This document shows, one piece after another, positions 30,726 through 43,118 of a stretch of DNA of 64,000 nt. The stretch is taken from IMG/VR virus record IMGVR_UViG_3300009500_000012, one strand, 5' to 3'. This DNA is from an uncultured virus (IMG/VR IMGVR_UViG_3300009500_000012). Taxonomy: Duplodnaviria; Heunggongvirae; Uroviricota; Caudoviricetes. The notes under the pieces were generated by a model that saw only the letters and a program-made list of their open reading frames with translations, ran no database searches and was not told the origin of the DNA. Position numbers and translations under genes: made by a program. Positions within the stretch are counted from its first letter, which is position 1. Each line of letters starts with the position of its first letter.

Positions 30726-33700
30726 GGAATTATTCTAACAAGAATTAGATGAATTGTCAAAATCTGTTATTCCTACAGCCTTAGCCGTAGAACAAGGCCA
30801 AAAAGTTGGAAGTGGACATACTGAACAAACAATATCTATTTTGCCACTAACAGCACGTTCTGCTTTAAATGGATGATGAATCTTTTTTATTTCATCAATC
30901 ATTTTTGATTGTTCTAAAATGATTTTAGCAGCATCAAACATCAATGTCTTGGCTTTATAACGGTCATACCAATTCGATTCAATTAAAAGTTCTTGAACAA
31001 TATTTTTATTATTCATTTTTATCTTCTTTAGGTTTATTAATGATTGTAATTTCTATAGGTGTCCAACCACAGATAGATACAATCAAAATAGATGCAAATA
31101 TTGCGTCAGGCCAACTCATGTGTTCCCCTTTTTTCTATTAGCAATTTCTTTGTACATATTACAAATACGACATTGGTAGTTAGAACCATCTTTAGAGCCA
31201 AATCCATTCCAATAAAAACCTTCAGAATGAGTACAGACTCTTTGTAATTCTCGAAATGCTTGCTCGGCGGCGCGTTCCTTTTCTTGCAAAATGATTTTAG
31301 CATTTACTATTTAATCACAAGCCATACGATATACTTTTCTGGCAAGGATTTCTAATGATAATTCCATATTTAAATGCCTAAATTCTTCTTAATTTGGCCT
31401 CATCGCCCCAGTAAAATTTCCAAGAACCAATAACTAACATAGATTTTTTGATTATTGGACGCCAAGCAAATCCTTTTACAGAACTAGTTTGAAACCCAAG
31501 AAATTTACTGTTAATTTCAATTTTAATATCCATTTTTAAATTTAACATCAAATTGATGTAGAATAGCAGCAGCATCGGTACGTGCTTTATCTATGCCGTA
31601 ATATCCTGTACCAATATATTGACGAACATAAAGCAAATTTGTCAATTCTTCTAAAACATCGTCATGTTTAGGTGTACGAGGTTTCATTATACTTGGACAA
31701 TTTTCTTCCATATATTTACATGTATCAGGATATTCACCCTGATAACAATGAGAATCATGTGCATTCAATTTTCTGATTCTTTCATCTTCTTTGCCTTCTT
31801 TATAACCTTTAAACGAAGTTTCGAAATTAATTCTTTAGTAGTCATTATTATTTCTTTTGAAAACCTTCATTAGTGACTATAGGAAACTCATCAGTAGCAA
31901 GCGTTTGATAATTGAAACTTTCTACATGTTGACCAAGATTGCGAGTTTCAGAATTGAAATTAAAGAAAGTTCCAATGGCCTTCATAAGTACATGAGTACG
32001 AATGACTTCTCGAATATCAGGGTCGCATATATAAGCAAGTTGCATTGCAATAGCGCGTTGGATAATGCTTTCTTTTTCTTCTTGAGAGAATCCCAAAGGA
32101 TTAAGAAGCATTTGTTCCAGCGACTTATTTAAAGCGGTAAGTTCTTCATTCATAATCTAGATTGTACCAGAAATTAGTAGTTATAGCAAGCCTTTAATGT
32201 TGTTCCCAAACTGCTACATCAAAACTATTTATAGAAAATACAACTAATGCGAAAACGAATGCAAGACCCCAAAGAATACCAAAACTCAAAAAATGTCCAT
32301 CATATTCCCTAACAAAGCTTTTAAATTTTTCAACAATATTATTTCCGCTATATTTATTCATTATCAATTTTATCTTTCGGACTCAGAGAGCAAATAATCA
32401 TATTAATTTTATCATGCAAGTACCAAGCAAAGGGGTAGGGAATTTTCTTCAAACTATCAAAATTCCCTTCATTATTACAACGGTCGCAAAAAATATCCCA
32501 TTCTCCATCGTACCAACTTTGGGTATAGTCTATTTTATGGCCAAATATAGCACAGTAAACTCTTTTAGGCGTTTCTTTTACAAGATTCATTCCTCTAAGA
32601 ATTGAATCATGGTTTTCAAGCCAAATATCTATATCTTGTTTTGTCATTTTAAAAACTTGAAACTTTCCAATTACTCATAATCTTCTCTCAATATTATTAT
32701 ACACCAACATAGCAAGTGCCATTATCTCCAAAATGAAAAACACCATACAAGTATACGGTGTTTTCAAAAAAATTTCAATTTTATTTTTATTAATTTCTTG
32801 GGTCGTTTAAACCACGAAGTTTCATACAAGCAGGACAAACAGGTACAAGAGATTTAATCTTTGATTTGCCTGTTTTGCTTCTAGGGTGAACAACTTCAGC
32901 GCCCCAGCGTAAATGCATTGCTTTTAGTCTAATCTTACAGCCACAATATTCTGTTGGAATTTTCATAATTATAATCCTTTGAGAGTATATTTCTCTATGA
33001 TTATATGTATGATAGTTAAGCAATTTTGGAACAGATACGATTAATTAACCCTAATTAATCCTATAGTTTATATTCGTTTGCTTCATCATATGATAAAAAG
33101 CAATAATCAGGGTCAATAACTATAATTTCAACAGGATTTTTATTATTTATTTCTACTCTTAAGTAAAGATAATCATTTATAAATTGAAATCCTACGCAGC
33201 GCCCTTCAACAATATCAGGCATTTCAAATTTATCTTTTGGAGGGCAGCAATATAAAGTTTTTGCTGCTGATAAGGCTTGTAAATCTTTCATAATCACCAT
33301 TTCCAAGCATAAGTTTCGTCATTATCTTTTAATGAATCAACAAAATCGTATGCTTCTTCTACGTCAAGAAAAACTTGTTCTCTAGGAACAAATTTAATTT
33401 CATCAGAATTTATTTGTAATTTAAAAATATATTCTTCAAATTCAGGATAGTAAACAGTATTAAGAAAGATAGCCGTTATTACTTCCTGACTATCATTAGC
33501 AAAGTAAACTTCCGTTTCTTTTGGCACACAAATTTTTACTTCTTCTTTTGTCATCTATTTATGCTGCTTTCGATATAATTAAATTGTTAATGCCCAAATG
33601 TCTTTTGTATTTTAATGCTATTTCTTTTGCTATTTCTAAATTAAAACTTACAGAATCATAGCATTTAAATTTATAAATTTCTTTATCTGTTACTTTTCTT

Positions 33701-33960
33701 GTAACAGAATTCTTTATCGTACCAAATGAAGGTTCACTACTTTTATGTATTCCTCTGATATCTATTGCATTGCCTTTATGATTTACTACCCAACCATGCC
33801 AAAGATGATTATTATTATCAAAAATAATACTTTCAAATTCATCTTTCCAAAAAGTAGCCCATACATCAAGATTAGTTAAATCATGAATGGCTATTGCAAG
33901 AAACATGCAATAACCATCAAGATATTTTTGAATTTCTCTATCAGTAGGACGTTGAATCAT

Positions 33961-34572
33961 TTAAGCGTATTCTATATCACTTAAAAGATTCATTTTTGAC
34001 AAAATATTTTTTAATTCTGATTCAGAAGAATTGATAATTTCGGAAAGCGGGAATGACTTAAGAATATTGACACCATAATATTCTTTATTTTGTCCATCTT
34101 TGTAATAATCATCAGGTGGAACAGCATAACGACCTTGACCATTTGGTGACTTATTAAATCCTTTATAAAATTCAAGTACACCTTCATCCAGATTAATGAT
34201 ATACGCATATTCACAAAAAAGACTATTAAATAGAAAAGTTCTATTGTCAATCATGTACTTTAGACCGTCATAAAATGCATTCAAATCACCCTGAGCGTCT
34301 CTAAGAAGAACATACCATTCTTCAACGTCTCCGCTTGAAACCTTTAGATTTGCCCATTGAAATGTTTCTTCAATTTGTTCTGGAGTAGGCTTAATTTTAT
34401 CATCAACAACAACAATTGAAGAAGCCAAATTTTTAAGTTCGTCAAAACTTTTTGATTTTGATATAAATTCTAAAACATCCCATCCTAAACCATCAGGATA
34501 AGAGTCGAAATGATTATAAGTAACTTTATCTATACCATCAATGCGAAAACCGTATGCACCGCGAGTACCCAT
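33961..34572 (-). CDS. Conserved phage hypothetical (MGTRG...YNHFDSYPxGLG)
   Basis: Motif pattern. Confidence 0.75.
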   Translation of the reverse strand: MGTRGAYGFRIDGIDKVTYNHFDSYPDGLGWDVLEFISKSKSFDELKNLASSIVVVDDKIKPTPEQIEETFQWANLKVSSGDVEEWYVLLRDAQGDLNAFYDGLKYMIDNRTFLFNSLFCEYAYIINLDEGVLEFYKGFNKSPNGQGRYAVPPDDYYKDGQNKEYYGVNILKSFPLSEIINSSESELKNILSKMNLLSDIEYA

Positions 34573-35457
34573 TATTAATACTTTCTTTCTAAAAAGTTTA
34601 TTAGTAAATCTGAATTATAAGATTTAAGTCTACGAAAATTAATATTTATTAAAATTAGCACATTTACAATAATACAAGCAAATTCTAACAAAGAAAACCA
34701 GAAATTATTCTTTGACATTTGATTGATAAATCCACAATAACATAAAATTGATGCTAAAATGTTTATTGGATATATTGCATATCCATTTTTTAAATTAATA
34801 ATCATTATTATTCATTTCGTTTCATTAGCGAGCCAGAGTCCACCCCAGCGATTAAAACCCATGCTTTCTGCACTATGAATTAAAGCAGTAATTTCCCCTA
34901 AACTATATTGTTTATCTTCAATAGTTACAGAAATGGATTTACGAAGAGAAATAATCTTTTTTAACTCTTCGTCATTTAAACCTTCTCCATGAAAAATTTT
35001 ATCCAGAAGAGTGTTTACATTCTCTTTTTTGGTATTCATACCTAAATGCTATCATTTTGAATTGGTTCTGTCAAATCTTTATGTTCAGGAACCCAACCTG
35101 AACACTCCCATCCGTCCCAACATTCACAAACTAAATCTGTTCCCCGAGCATGATGGTCGGGTCTTGTGGCATACAAACCAGACCATCTACCTTGGTGAAC
35201 TGGGCATTTCTTTGTTCTTGGTTTTTGTCCGCCATACATTGTTCTACCAAGCAAGGAAGATTTTTGAATAGCCAACATCACAATATCTAATGCTTCAGGT
35301 AGTTCTTTTACTTGAGGATAAATTACTTGTTTGGGCTCTAATTCGCCATTTTTGATTTGTGTTTCAATCTCTGCATAGGTGGATTTAATAATTGCAGCCC
35401 ATTCATAGAGTTTATCGCAATATTCTTTAATACTATATTTTTTTTCTTCCATGATAT

Positions 35458-35868
35458 TTAACGCCACCTTGTAAATATAAATTTAAAATAAAGAAATAGA
35501 AATCTGAAAAAATTAGCAAGTGCAAAGAAAGCAATAGGTGCGCCTAAAGCTAAATCTAAAATTTGAATGATATTTGCGAAACTTCCTTGTACTGTTGCTT
35601 CACAGGTATTTGGGCAGGCTATAAAAATTGGTGCATTTCCAGGGCCAAACCATGCCCAATGACTTGCAAACAGAATGCCAACCATCAACAACATTATTGA
35701 TGCTCTTGCAATCCATTTTTCAGTTATTCTAGAACCAAATTTTAAATCTAAATCCCAATCCAAATCTACGGCGGCTTTAATTAAAGATTTTTTGTACTTC
35801 CTAGGTTTTTCGTTAGAATAGGCATATCTCATTTCAGAACCATTACTAATTTCATAACCATGACTCAT
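35458..35868 (-). CDS. Two-TM membrane protein, SxxTxxW[IV][AG]R family
   Basis: SRITEKWIAR plus two hydrophobic segments. Confidence 0.7.
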   Translation of the reverse strand: MSHGYEISNGSEMRYAYSNEKPRKYKKSLIKAAVDLDWDLDLKFGSRITEKWIARASIMLLMVGILFASHWAWFGPGNAPIFIACPNTCEATVQGSFANIIQILDLALGAPIAFFALANFFRFLFLYFKFIFTRWR

Positions 35869-36159
35869 TTAAAATGAAACCTCAAAAGCCCATTTTAAAA
35901 TCTTAAATAAAAAGACAGGAATAAAGTAAAAAACAATAAACCCTAAAGAAACTGCACTAAAACTAAAAACCAATGCATCTATTGGTATTGCGAGAATATG
36001 TAAATACAAAGGTAGAGCATTGATATTATCAAAATAAACTTTATTAGTAGGCGGTCCAATAACAAAAAATGACCAACAGATTCCATAAGTTAGCATTAAC
36101 GCTGAAATCATTAATATTAGTCTGCCTATCCATTTTTGAGTCAAATAACTTACTTTCAT
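35869..36159 (-). CDS. Two-TM membrane protein, same family
   Basis: SYLTQKWIGR. Confidence 0.7.
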   Translation of the reverse strand: MKVSYLTQKWIGRLILMISALMLTYGICWSFFVIGPPTNKVYFDNINALPLYLHILAIPIDALVFSFSAVSLGFIVFYFIPVFLFKILKWAFEVSF

Positions 36160-36698
36160 AGATTGATTATATCACTTCTAAGAATCTAAGCAAGACTTTC
36201 GTCCAACTTAGATTGTGCTTCATTTAAAATTTTATAAACATCATTTAATTCTTGTTCTTTTTGAGTAATTTTATTCTTGATTGCCACTATTTGTTGCTCT
36301 AAGGCGGAGGGATAATCAAGGAAAATTTTATCATAGTTAGCAATAGCATCAAAATGAACTTGCATAAGATGATGATTTATTTTGTTTTCAATATCTTGTT
36401 TAATTTTCCATGATTGTTGTGCAGAATGCAAATTATAATCATAATGATATGGATATTCACCCATAATCATGAGCGTAGAATGAGTATTATTATTGATAAT
36501 CTCTTTTACAGTAACAATATGAATTAACATATCGGTATCGTCACAGTTATAACAATACGATTCATCGAAACCGTGATATTCATGAATATCACCACAATAG
36601 TAAATAGTATCGCCAACCTTAAGATTGGCAAATTTAGCCGCTTTTTCTTCAAAAATCTTTTGGCGAATTTTAGGATTCATTCTTGACATTATATATTT

Positions 36699-37076
36699 TT
36701 AAGCGACTTTTGTCAAATACTTATTTTCTTGCAAAATGTGAAGGACTTTTTTCTTGTGTCTATCCCAAAATTCCGAAGGTTTTGCTGAAAGCAAAGTTCT
36801 AGAAGTATTACAGAAGTAATGAGTAATTCTCAGATTTTTTATATGAGAACAACCACCTTTATAAACTTCTAAAATATGGTCAATAGAAGGAGAACAAGGA
36901 TGGGTGTAACTTATGTTTTTTAAGCCATCAACTCCATCGAACATCACTTTGAAACCACAGATACCGCAATTATCTCCGTATGTTTCTCTTATTTTAAGAA
37001 TGCGAGAAACATATTTACCTTTGATATTTTTGCGTGGTCCACTACAAATAACACAAAACTCTTGGTAATTTATCAT
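36699..37076 (-). CDS. HNH endonuclease-like protein
   Basis: CGICG...SIDHI...GG...NLRITHYFCN. Confidence 0.8.
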   Translation of the reverse strand: MINYQEFCVICSGPRKNIKGKYVSRILKIRETYGDNCGICGFKVMFDGVDGLKNISYTHPCSPSIDHILEVYKGGCSHIKNLRITHYFCNTSRTLLSAKPSEFWDRHKKKVLHILQENKYLTKVA

Positions 37077-37153
37077 AAAAATATGTTACAATATTCACCA
37101 AGAAAAGTCAATTTGTAAAATAAAAAGAAGACCGATTCGGTCTTCTTTTGGAT

Positions 37154-37732
37154 TTAACTTTCGATTTCAAAAGATGCATAACAAGCATATTTTTTATCGA
37201 AAACAAATGGATAAGGGTCTGTCGATGGCGGATTAAATTCTGAACTAAGCAAACTTGAAAATGCAGAATCAACAGCAGTTGCTATTGCTATTTCAGAAGG
37301 TCCCGGAATATACCCGAAATTTGAAAACACCTTAACATTATTAAACCAAGGCAAGGTATATGTTCCATCAGCATTTTGACTGACTCCATATGCTGATGGA
37401 AGAACTGCTTGATAAAGATTTAAACAACTTTTATGTAACCAATATGCTAATTCATTAATTCCTGTTGCTTCTGGTGTACCATCTGTTTTAACTAAACGAA
37501 TTTGTGCATTAGAGGATTGGATATCATCTAATCTACGTAAAAAATCATCTGATGCAATAAATTTAAATCCACCGGCCTCAATAGTATAATTGAATAAAGA
37601 TAGAAAAATTGGAAAAGCAGGTATATCAGCATTGGTATCTGAATAAGTTCCACCATTACCTGGAGAAGTGTTTCTTATATAGAAATATTTTGACGTAAAT
37701 ATTTGCGAACCTGGTTGAATAGAATATGCCAT
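37154..37732 (-). CDS. Hypothetical protein, possibly a virion protein
   Basis: Lys-poor, S/G/A/P-rich composition; GAGGA SD; own terminator. Confidence 0.5.
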   Translation of the reverse strand: MAYSIQPGSQIFTSKYFYIRNTSPGNGGTYSDTNADIPAFPIFLSLFNYTIEAGGFKFIASDDFLRRLDDIQSSNAQIRLVKTDGTPEATGINELAYWLHKSCLNLYQAVLPSAYGVSQNADGTYTLPWFNNVKVFSNFGYIPGPSEIAIATAVDSAFSSLLSSEFNPPSTDPYPFVFDKKYACYASFEIES

Positions 37733-38703
37733 TTTAAAATATCCTCAATAAAAGGATTGAAGTTTCATATTTAATATTTATGCAATTCTATATCTTAACG
37801 AAACTTTTTCTTCCAACGTTCTTCCCATTCTTGTCTTTCTAATTCATCGTATTCCTCTTTAATCCAAAAATAAAGTACGGTAAGTGGTAATATACCTCCC
37901 ATCAATATACAAAATACCCATGCAAATATAGTGACAATCAGATGACCGATTGCTCCGTTATGTGCTAGAGATTTAATACACCAATCCAATATATAAATGA
38001 AAAGAAATGTTAATCCTAAATAAATTCCAAACGACAATGCCTGTTTAAATCTTAACCAAATTGCTTTAAAAACTAATCGCATTTAAATTTTTCTTCTGGT
38101 TTTTTAATGATTTTATTTGGTGAAACTAAACGTTCATCTATATAATTAGAAGATAATTCTCTTCCACAAATAACGCAATACTCACGTTCATAATAAGTAG
38201 TATGATGACTACCATATTCATCTTCCCAATATTCATTTATTATGCCACTAATTTTTTCCCAATGTTCACATAAACTATACCAAAAATATTTTTCTTTGTA
38301 TAAATGTGTTAATTGTTTTTTAGTTAGTGCAATATCATCATTGTTATACTTTTTTAGTGTATTACAAATACCTGAGTATTGATGTTCCCAATATTCTTTA
38401 GTCATTCTTCTATTTTTCTTTCTAAAGGAGGAACCGAAGATATTGGTCCCTTAGTTGTTGGCATATATGGTGCTTTTGCTGCTGGACCTTGATGACCTGC
38501 TGTATTTCTTACAATTTTAGGTGTTTCTGTAAAAGGTGAGCCATCCCAACCACAATTACTACAACGGCCATTTACAAGAATTCGAGCCTGATGATAAGAA
38601 GGAAGATACCGAGATTTACAAGTTCTTGCTAACATCATTATGCATATAATTGAATAAACAAAGAAACAACCCAAAACTATATCAACAATAATTTTTAATG
38701 TAT

Positions 38704-39147
38704 TCATTGCAATTTATTAGGGTCATAAGGAGCAATTACTATTTGTGCTTTTTCTAATTGAACTTTGCCATTCTTTGCATAAAGATTCCAAATGTCTCCA
38801 TTTTCTTCGCCTTTACCATGTAAACAAAAAATAGCATCTGGATATTTTTTAGAAAATTCCTTTAAATTATCTTTATAATTATACCATTTTGAAGCACTTC
38901 TAGTTTCTCCGTCATATTCAAGTGCATATTCTGCTTCTTCATAATCTCCTATAAATTTTTTGATAATATGTTCTTCAAGAGAATCGTCATTTGAAGATAT
39001 ACGAAGAATTTTAGTCCCACAATTAGAACAGAAGTTCCCATCTGAAACATAAGCGTAACAAGATTGACATTTAGTGATTTTAGATAAATCTTTAGGATTT
39101 ACATTACTTACATCAATGCTAAGAGAATACGATGTATAATAGCCCAT
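38704..39147 (-). CDS. Conserved phage protein with a double zinc-ribbon insert
   Basis: MGYYT...CxxC..CxxC...KWY...GEENGDIW. Confidence 0.7.
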   Translation of the reverse strand: MGYYTSYSLSIDVSNVNPKDLSKITKCQSCYAYVSDGNFCSNCGTKILRISSNDDSLEEHIIKKFIGDYEEAEYALEYDGETRSASKWYNYKDNLKEFSKKYPDAIFCLHGKGEENGDIWNLYAKNGKVQLEKAQIVIAPYDPNKLQ

Positions 39148-39649
39148 TTTCTATCCTTTCTTAGTGATTATATCTTTTATTCCAGAGAAAGTCAAATTGA
39201 CTATCATCTATGTAAAGGAGATTATATGACAGAAGAAACGCTTCCTCCATTTGGAGAACTTGGAGGATTTAAAGGTCCAAAAAAAACTCTTCCAGAGTGG
39301 GCAACATATTGTCCTACAAGAACAAGTAAAAGAGGATTTAAAGTTCACAATAATCGTGGTAATGCTTTAAATGCAATGAAAACACATCTATTTGGAGTTT
39401 TATATCATTTTGAAGATAATGAATGGCGTGAAGTTTATAGAATAGAAAAAAATCAATTTTCTAAATATTATAAGTATGCTACGGAAGAATACTATACTCA
39501 ACCCCATCTTCCTAGAAATTGTCAAAGTTGTAATAAAGAACTCATGCAAAAAGATTGGAGTAGAAAAGGTCAAGAATTAAGTCATAGAAGCTATCTTAAA
39601 TGGTATCATCAACCTTCAATTCATTTAAAAATTGTATGTGGAGATTGCA

Positions 39650-40048
39650 ATGATAAAAGATAAAGATATAAGTGCTAATGAATATCAACGCATTTCTTTA
39701 TCTAAAGCAGGAAGAGAAGAATCTACTCCTAAAGAAAGACTAGCTTTATCATCACTTGGTTTGGCTGGCGAAACAACTGAATTTTTTGAATTAGTTGAAT
39801 CTTCTTTAGGTATGATGAAAGCCGCTGGTAAAATTTGTGACGATACAAAGAAACACGTTTACCATGACCATCAATTAGATAAAGAAAAAGCAATAAAAGA
39901 ATTAGGAGATATTGCTTGGTACTTACAACATGCTTGCACCGCACTTGGTGTATCTTTTGCAGAAGTATTATTGGCTAATATAGAAAAATTAGCAAAAAGA
40001 TATCCCCGAGGGTTTAATGCCGAAGACTCTATTAACCGTAAAGATTAA
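39650..40048 (+). CDS. mazG: MazG-like NTP pyrophosphohydrolase
   Basis: LGLAGE...KELGDIAWY...NIEKLAKRYP. Confidence 0.9.
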   Translation: MIKDKDISANEYQRISLSKAGREESTPKERLALSSLGLAGETTEFFELVESSLGMMKAAGKICDDTKKHVYHDHQLDKEKAIKELGDIAWYLQHACTALGVSFAEVLLANIEKLAKRYPRGFNAEDSINRKD

Positions 40049-40437
40049 TAGAGTTTTAAATCAAACGTAAGTTCGTCAATATCTTCGGCCCAATGAGGTC
40101 CAATTGCAACAACAGTATGAGTTGGAATCCCATTGAATTCTGTAAGACCTGAATCAGTAATTAAAACTGCATTAAGGTCTTTTTTCTTTGCTGCATCATA
40201 AATAGCAAGGAGAGCCGCTTCACTATCTACAGAAAGAGTGATTTTTTTAAATAGACCCTCATCCCATGCTTTAAATGCTTGATAATGTCTATCTTCAGCA
40301 TTCCAACCATTGTAATATTTAAAAACCACTTGTTTATATGCAGCCAAAGAAGCATGAGCGCCTTGGGCAATCTCTTTACCTCGACGCATTTTGAGGTCCT
40401 TGCGGACAATAATTACTTGTTTAGCATTTTCGTTCAT
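40045..40437 (-). CDS. pth2: Peptidyl-tRNA hydrolase Pth2
   Basis: KQVIIVRKDLKMRRGKEIAQGAHAS...DSGLTE...T..AIGP. Confidence 0.92.
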   Translation of the reverse strand: MNENAKQVIIVRKDLKMRRGKEIAQGAHASLAAYKQVVFKYYNGWNAEDRHYQAFKAWDEGLFKKITLSVDSEAALLAIYDAAKKKDLNAVLITDSGLTEFNGIPTHTVVAIGPHWAEDIDELTFDLKLY

Positions 40438-40470
40438 ACGTCCCAATCTTAACATCATTATGTAGTGTTG

Positions 40471-40758
40471 TCAATCTTTATTATCTCTAGCCCATTCATA
40501 TAATTCTTTAATTTCTGAAAAAATAAAAGCAAAAAGAACTGCCAAATAGAATGCTACTACAAGATAAGCAAGGATTGTGCTACCCCATTCAAGTAGATAA
40601 GCAAAATAATTCATAGAACCATTCTTCCACATTTCATTTTGTGAAGCCTGCCACCAAGGTTTATGCAAGAACCATGCCCAACCTAAAAGTAAACCAAGCA
40701 ATCCATATGGTAAATAAAAGATTATTCTAGCAATCCACTTATTAGTTATTGTACTCAT
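40471..40758 (-). CDS. Two-TM membrane protein, same family
   Basis: STITNKWIAR. Confidence 0.7.
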   Translation of the reverse strand: MSTITNKWIARIIFYLPYGLLGLLLGWAWFLHKPWWQASQNEMWKNGSMNYFAYLLEWGSTILAYLVVAFYLAVLFAFIFSEIKELYEWARDNKD

Positions 40759-41094
40759 TTTATGACCGAACAGTTTTAGAAGATAAAGGGGTATTACTTG
40801 GTAATGATGCAATTATATTTTTATTATTTTCTTCATTAAGTTGCCCTAAAGCAATTAAAGATTTATTTTGTGCATCTTGAGCAAGAATTAATGCTTCTTG
40901 AAGTTTATGAGCGGTTTCAAACTGCGTTAATTTTGTTTGAACTTGGGCACGAAGTAAATCTTGCTTTGTTTGTTCTTGGTCAATTTTACTTCTAAGAATT
41001 TTCTCTTTTGTTTGAGTCCAATGCAATTGCAAATCTCTGAAAGCACACCCTGTAACAACAAGAAAAAAAAGACTTACTGTTAATTCAATAAAAA

Positions 41095-41361
41095 TCATTT
41101 AAGATTCCTTATAACCCAAGAAACAAATTTGATACTAAACTTGATTAAATGTGGTGCAACAAAATATAAGAACAAAAATGCGCCAGTCATTAAAAATACT
41201 ATTTGAAAAATAGAAGCCCATGCCGATGCATCTTTTGCCCAAAAAGGCGCATTATCAAAATAAAGCCAATACAAGAAGTATACAACTACAAGACAAAAAC
41301 TTCCTGCTATGCTTCTGGCAATCCATCTGGCAGTAGTTTTACTGATGGGTGATTTTGTCAT
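41095..41361 (-). CDS. Two-TM membrane protein, same family
   Basis: SKTTARWIAR. Confidence 0.7.
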   Translation of the reverse strand: MTKSPISKTTARWIARSIAGSFCLVVVYFLYWLYFDNAPFWAKDASAWASIFQIVFLMTGAFLFLYFVAPHLIKFSIKFVSWVIRNLK

Positions 41362-41638
41362 TATTATCTAATTCTTCTGATGCCCATTTAAATAGAGAAA
41401 TTAAAACAAGTATAATTAATACACCTACTGCAAGTCCAATTAACATTAGTTCAATAGATTGAATATATTCTTGCCAATACTGATAACTAGATGTAAATAA
41501 TCCATCTTTAAAAACACTTGATGGTGATTTAAACCAAATTATATAAACGAAGAAATAAAGCAAGCCAAAAATAGGAACGATATTAAAAAGACTCATAATT
41601 ATTCTTGCTACCCAAAGACGGGTAATCTGACTAAACAT
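41339..41638 (-). CDS. Two-TM membrane protein, same family
   Basis: SQITRLWVAR. Confidence 0.7.
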   Translation of the reverse strand: MFSQITRLWVARIIMSLFNIVPIFGLLYFFVYIIWFKSPSSVFKDGLFTSSYQYWQEYIQSIELMLIGLAVGVLIILVLISLFKWASEELDNNDKITHQ

Positions 41639-41942
41639 TCTTAAGACACCACGCAAGAGATTTAAAAAATCCAAAGATTAATGCTATTACTAAGAAAAAT
41701 CCAAATAATATACATTCAAAACCTTGTGCTACCAATTGGCCTGGTGCATCTTTAGAAGACATTATTTTAATACAAGCATCAGTAATATTCCATCCTATAT
41801 GACAAGACGAAAATAGACTGTAATCTCCTGTAAACCATGTAGCCAATACAACTTCATAAAAACCTATACCCGCTGGAACGCCCAATAATATCATTAAACC
41901 TGCTCGGGCAATCCATTTTTTAGTAATTTTGCTCATAACCAT
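41631..41942 (-). CDS. Two-TM membrane protein, same family
   Basis: SKITKKWIAR. Confidence 0.7.
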   Translation of the reverse strand: MVMSKITKKWIARAGLMILLGVPAGIGFYEVVLATWFTGDYSLFSSCHIGWNITDACIKIMSSKDAPGQLVAQGFECILFGFFLVIALIFGFFKSLAWCLKNV

Positions 41943-41944
41943 TA

Positions 41945-42199
41945 TTATTTATTTTTCCATGACCAACGAAATAGTTTATAAATTAACCAAAAAATCCCAC
42001 CAAATAGACCTGCTACAATCGTATACAAAATTTCTAAATCAGCAAATCGGAAAATTCCAGCAATCGCATTCATTGGTTCTGAACAACCAGAATTACACAA
42101 TGCAAAGGACCAATAACTAATCCAAATAAAGGATAAGATGGGTAGCGAAAGAATAATCCTTGCTACCCATTTTTTAGTAGGACGACTTACTTTTACCAT
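41945..42199 (-). CDS. Two-TM membrane protein, same family
   Basis: SRPTKKWVAR. Confidence 0.7.
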   Translation of the reverse strand: MVKVSRPTKKWVARIILSLPILSFIWISYWSFALCNSGCSEPMNAIAGIFRFADLEILYTIVAGLFGGIFWLIYKLFRWSWKNK

Positions 42200-42800
42200 T
42201 TAATATCTTGAATCACCTAAACGAACAGATTTTACAACAATATCTTCAAGAGATTCAAAATAACCTATCCAAGGTGGCCATAATTCAAATTTATTTCCAC
42301 TTTCAGTTGTTAAATAAAGAAGACCAGAACTCGAATAGTTATTGCGTTGTGCTTCATAGTGGGCACGAATTGCTTTAGCGTTCTTTTCTGCCGCTTCATG
42401 CGTTTGATAAAGACCAATCAATTCAATGTTGCCATCATCATGACCAAATGAATCTCCCGTTCCATAAAGTACATATAAAAGATAGTAGTCTTTATCTCGT
42501 ACAACTTCAAAAGGAACTTCTAAATCTTTATATCCTTTTTCTTCTACAATTTGAATACCACGAATATAATGCGTAGTCATGGTATTGTCTCTGTCCCAAT
42601 CATCACTTTCGTCCGCATGTTCTGTAACAAAAGTTTGGGATTCATCAATAACACGAATCGGTGTAAACTTGATTTCTTCGTTAGTCTTTTTCATAGTAGT
42701 TTTATTTTACCACTTCAAATCAGTAATGTCAAAAGGAGAACATTTACAATCTACCTTACATATAATCTATATATATGCTTTAAAAAAAGGAGTTAAAATT

Positions 42801-43118
42801 ATGGAATCATTTAATGGTGGTATCTTACCCGAAGGAAATGTAGTTGTCAAATTTTTTGCAAATTGGTGCGGCCCGTGCAAAATGCTCGGCCCTAGACTTG
42901 AAACAATTTCAACAGAATTTTCAGATGTAAAATTTTTAGAAGTTGATGCCGATAAATCTGCTCAGTATGTTGCCGAGAATAATGTTCATGGATTGCCAAC
43001 AGTTGCATTTTTTAAAGATGGCAAAGAACAAAGCAGATTAATAGGCTTAAAACGTATGTCTGATTATGAAGATGAAATTAAAAAATTATTAGGAACTTTT
43101 GAGTCCAAGAGCGAATGA
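42801..43118 (+). CDS. trxA: Thioredoxin
   Basis: FFANWCGPCK, GLPT; AAGGAG SD before ATG 42801. Confidence 0.93.
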   Translation: MESFNGGILPEGNVVVKFFANWCGPCKMLGPRLETISTEFSDVKFLEVDADKSAQYVAENNVHGLPTVAFFKDGKEQSRLIGLKRMSDYEDEIKKLLGTFESKSE

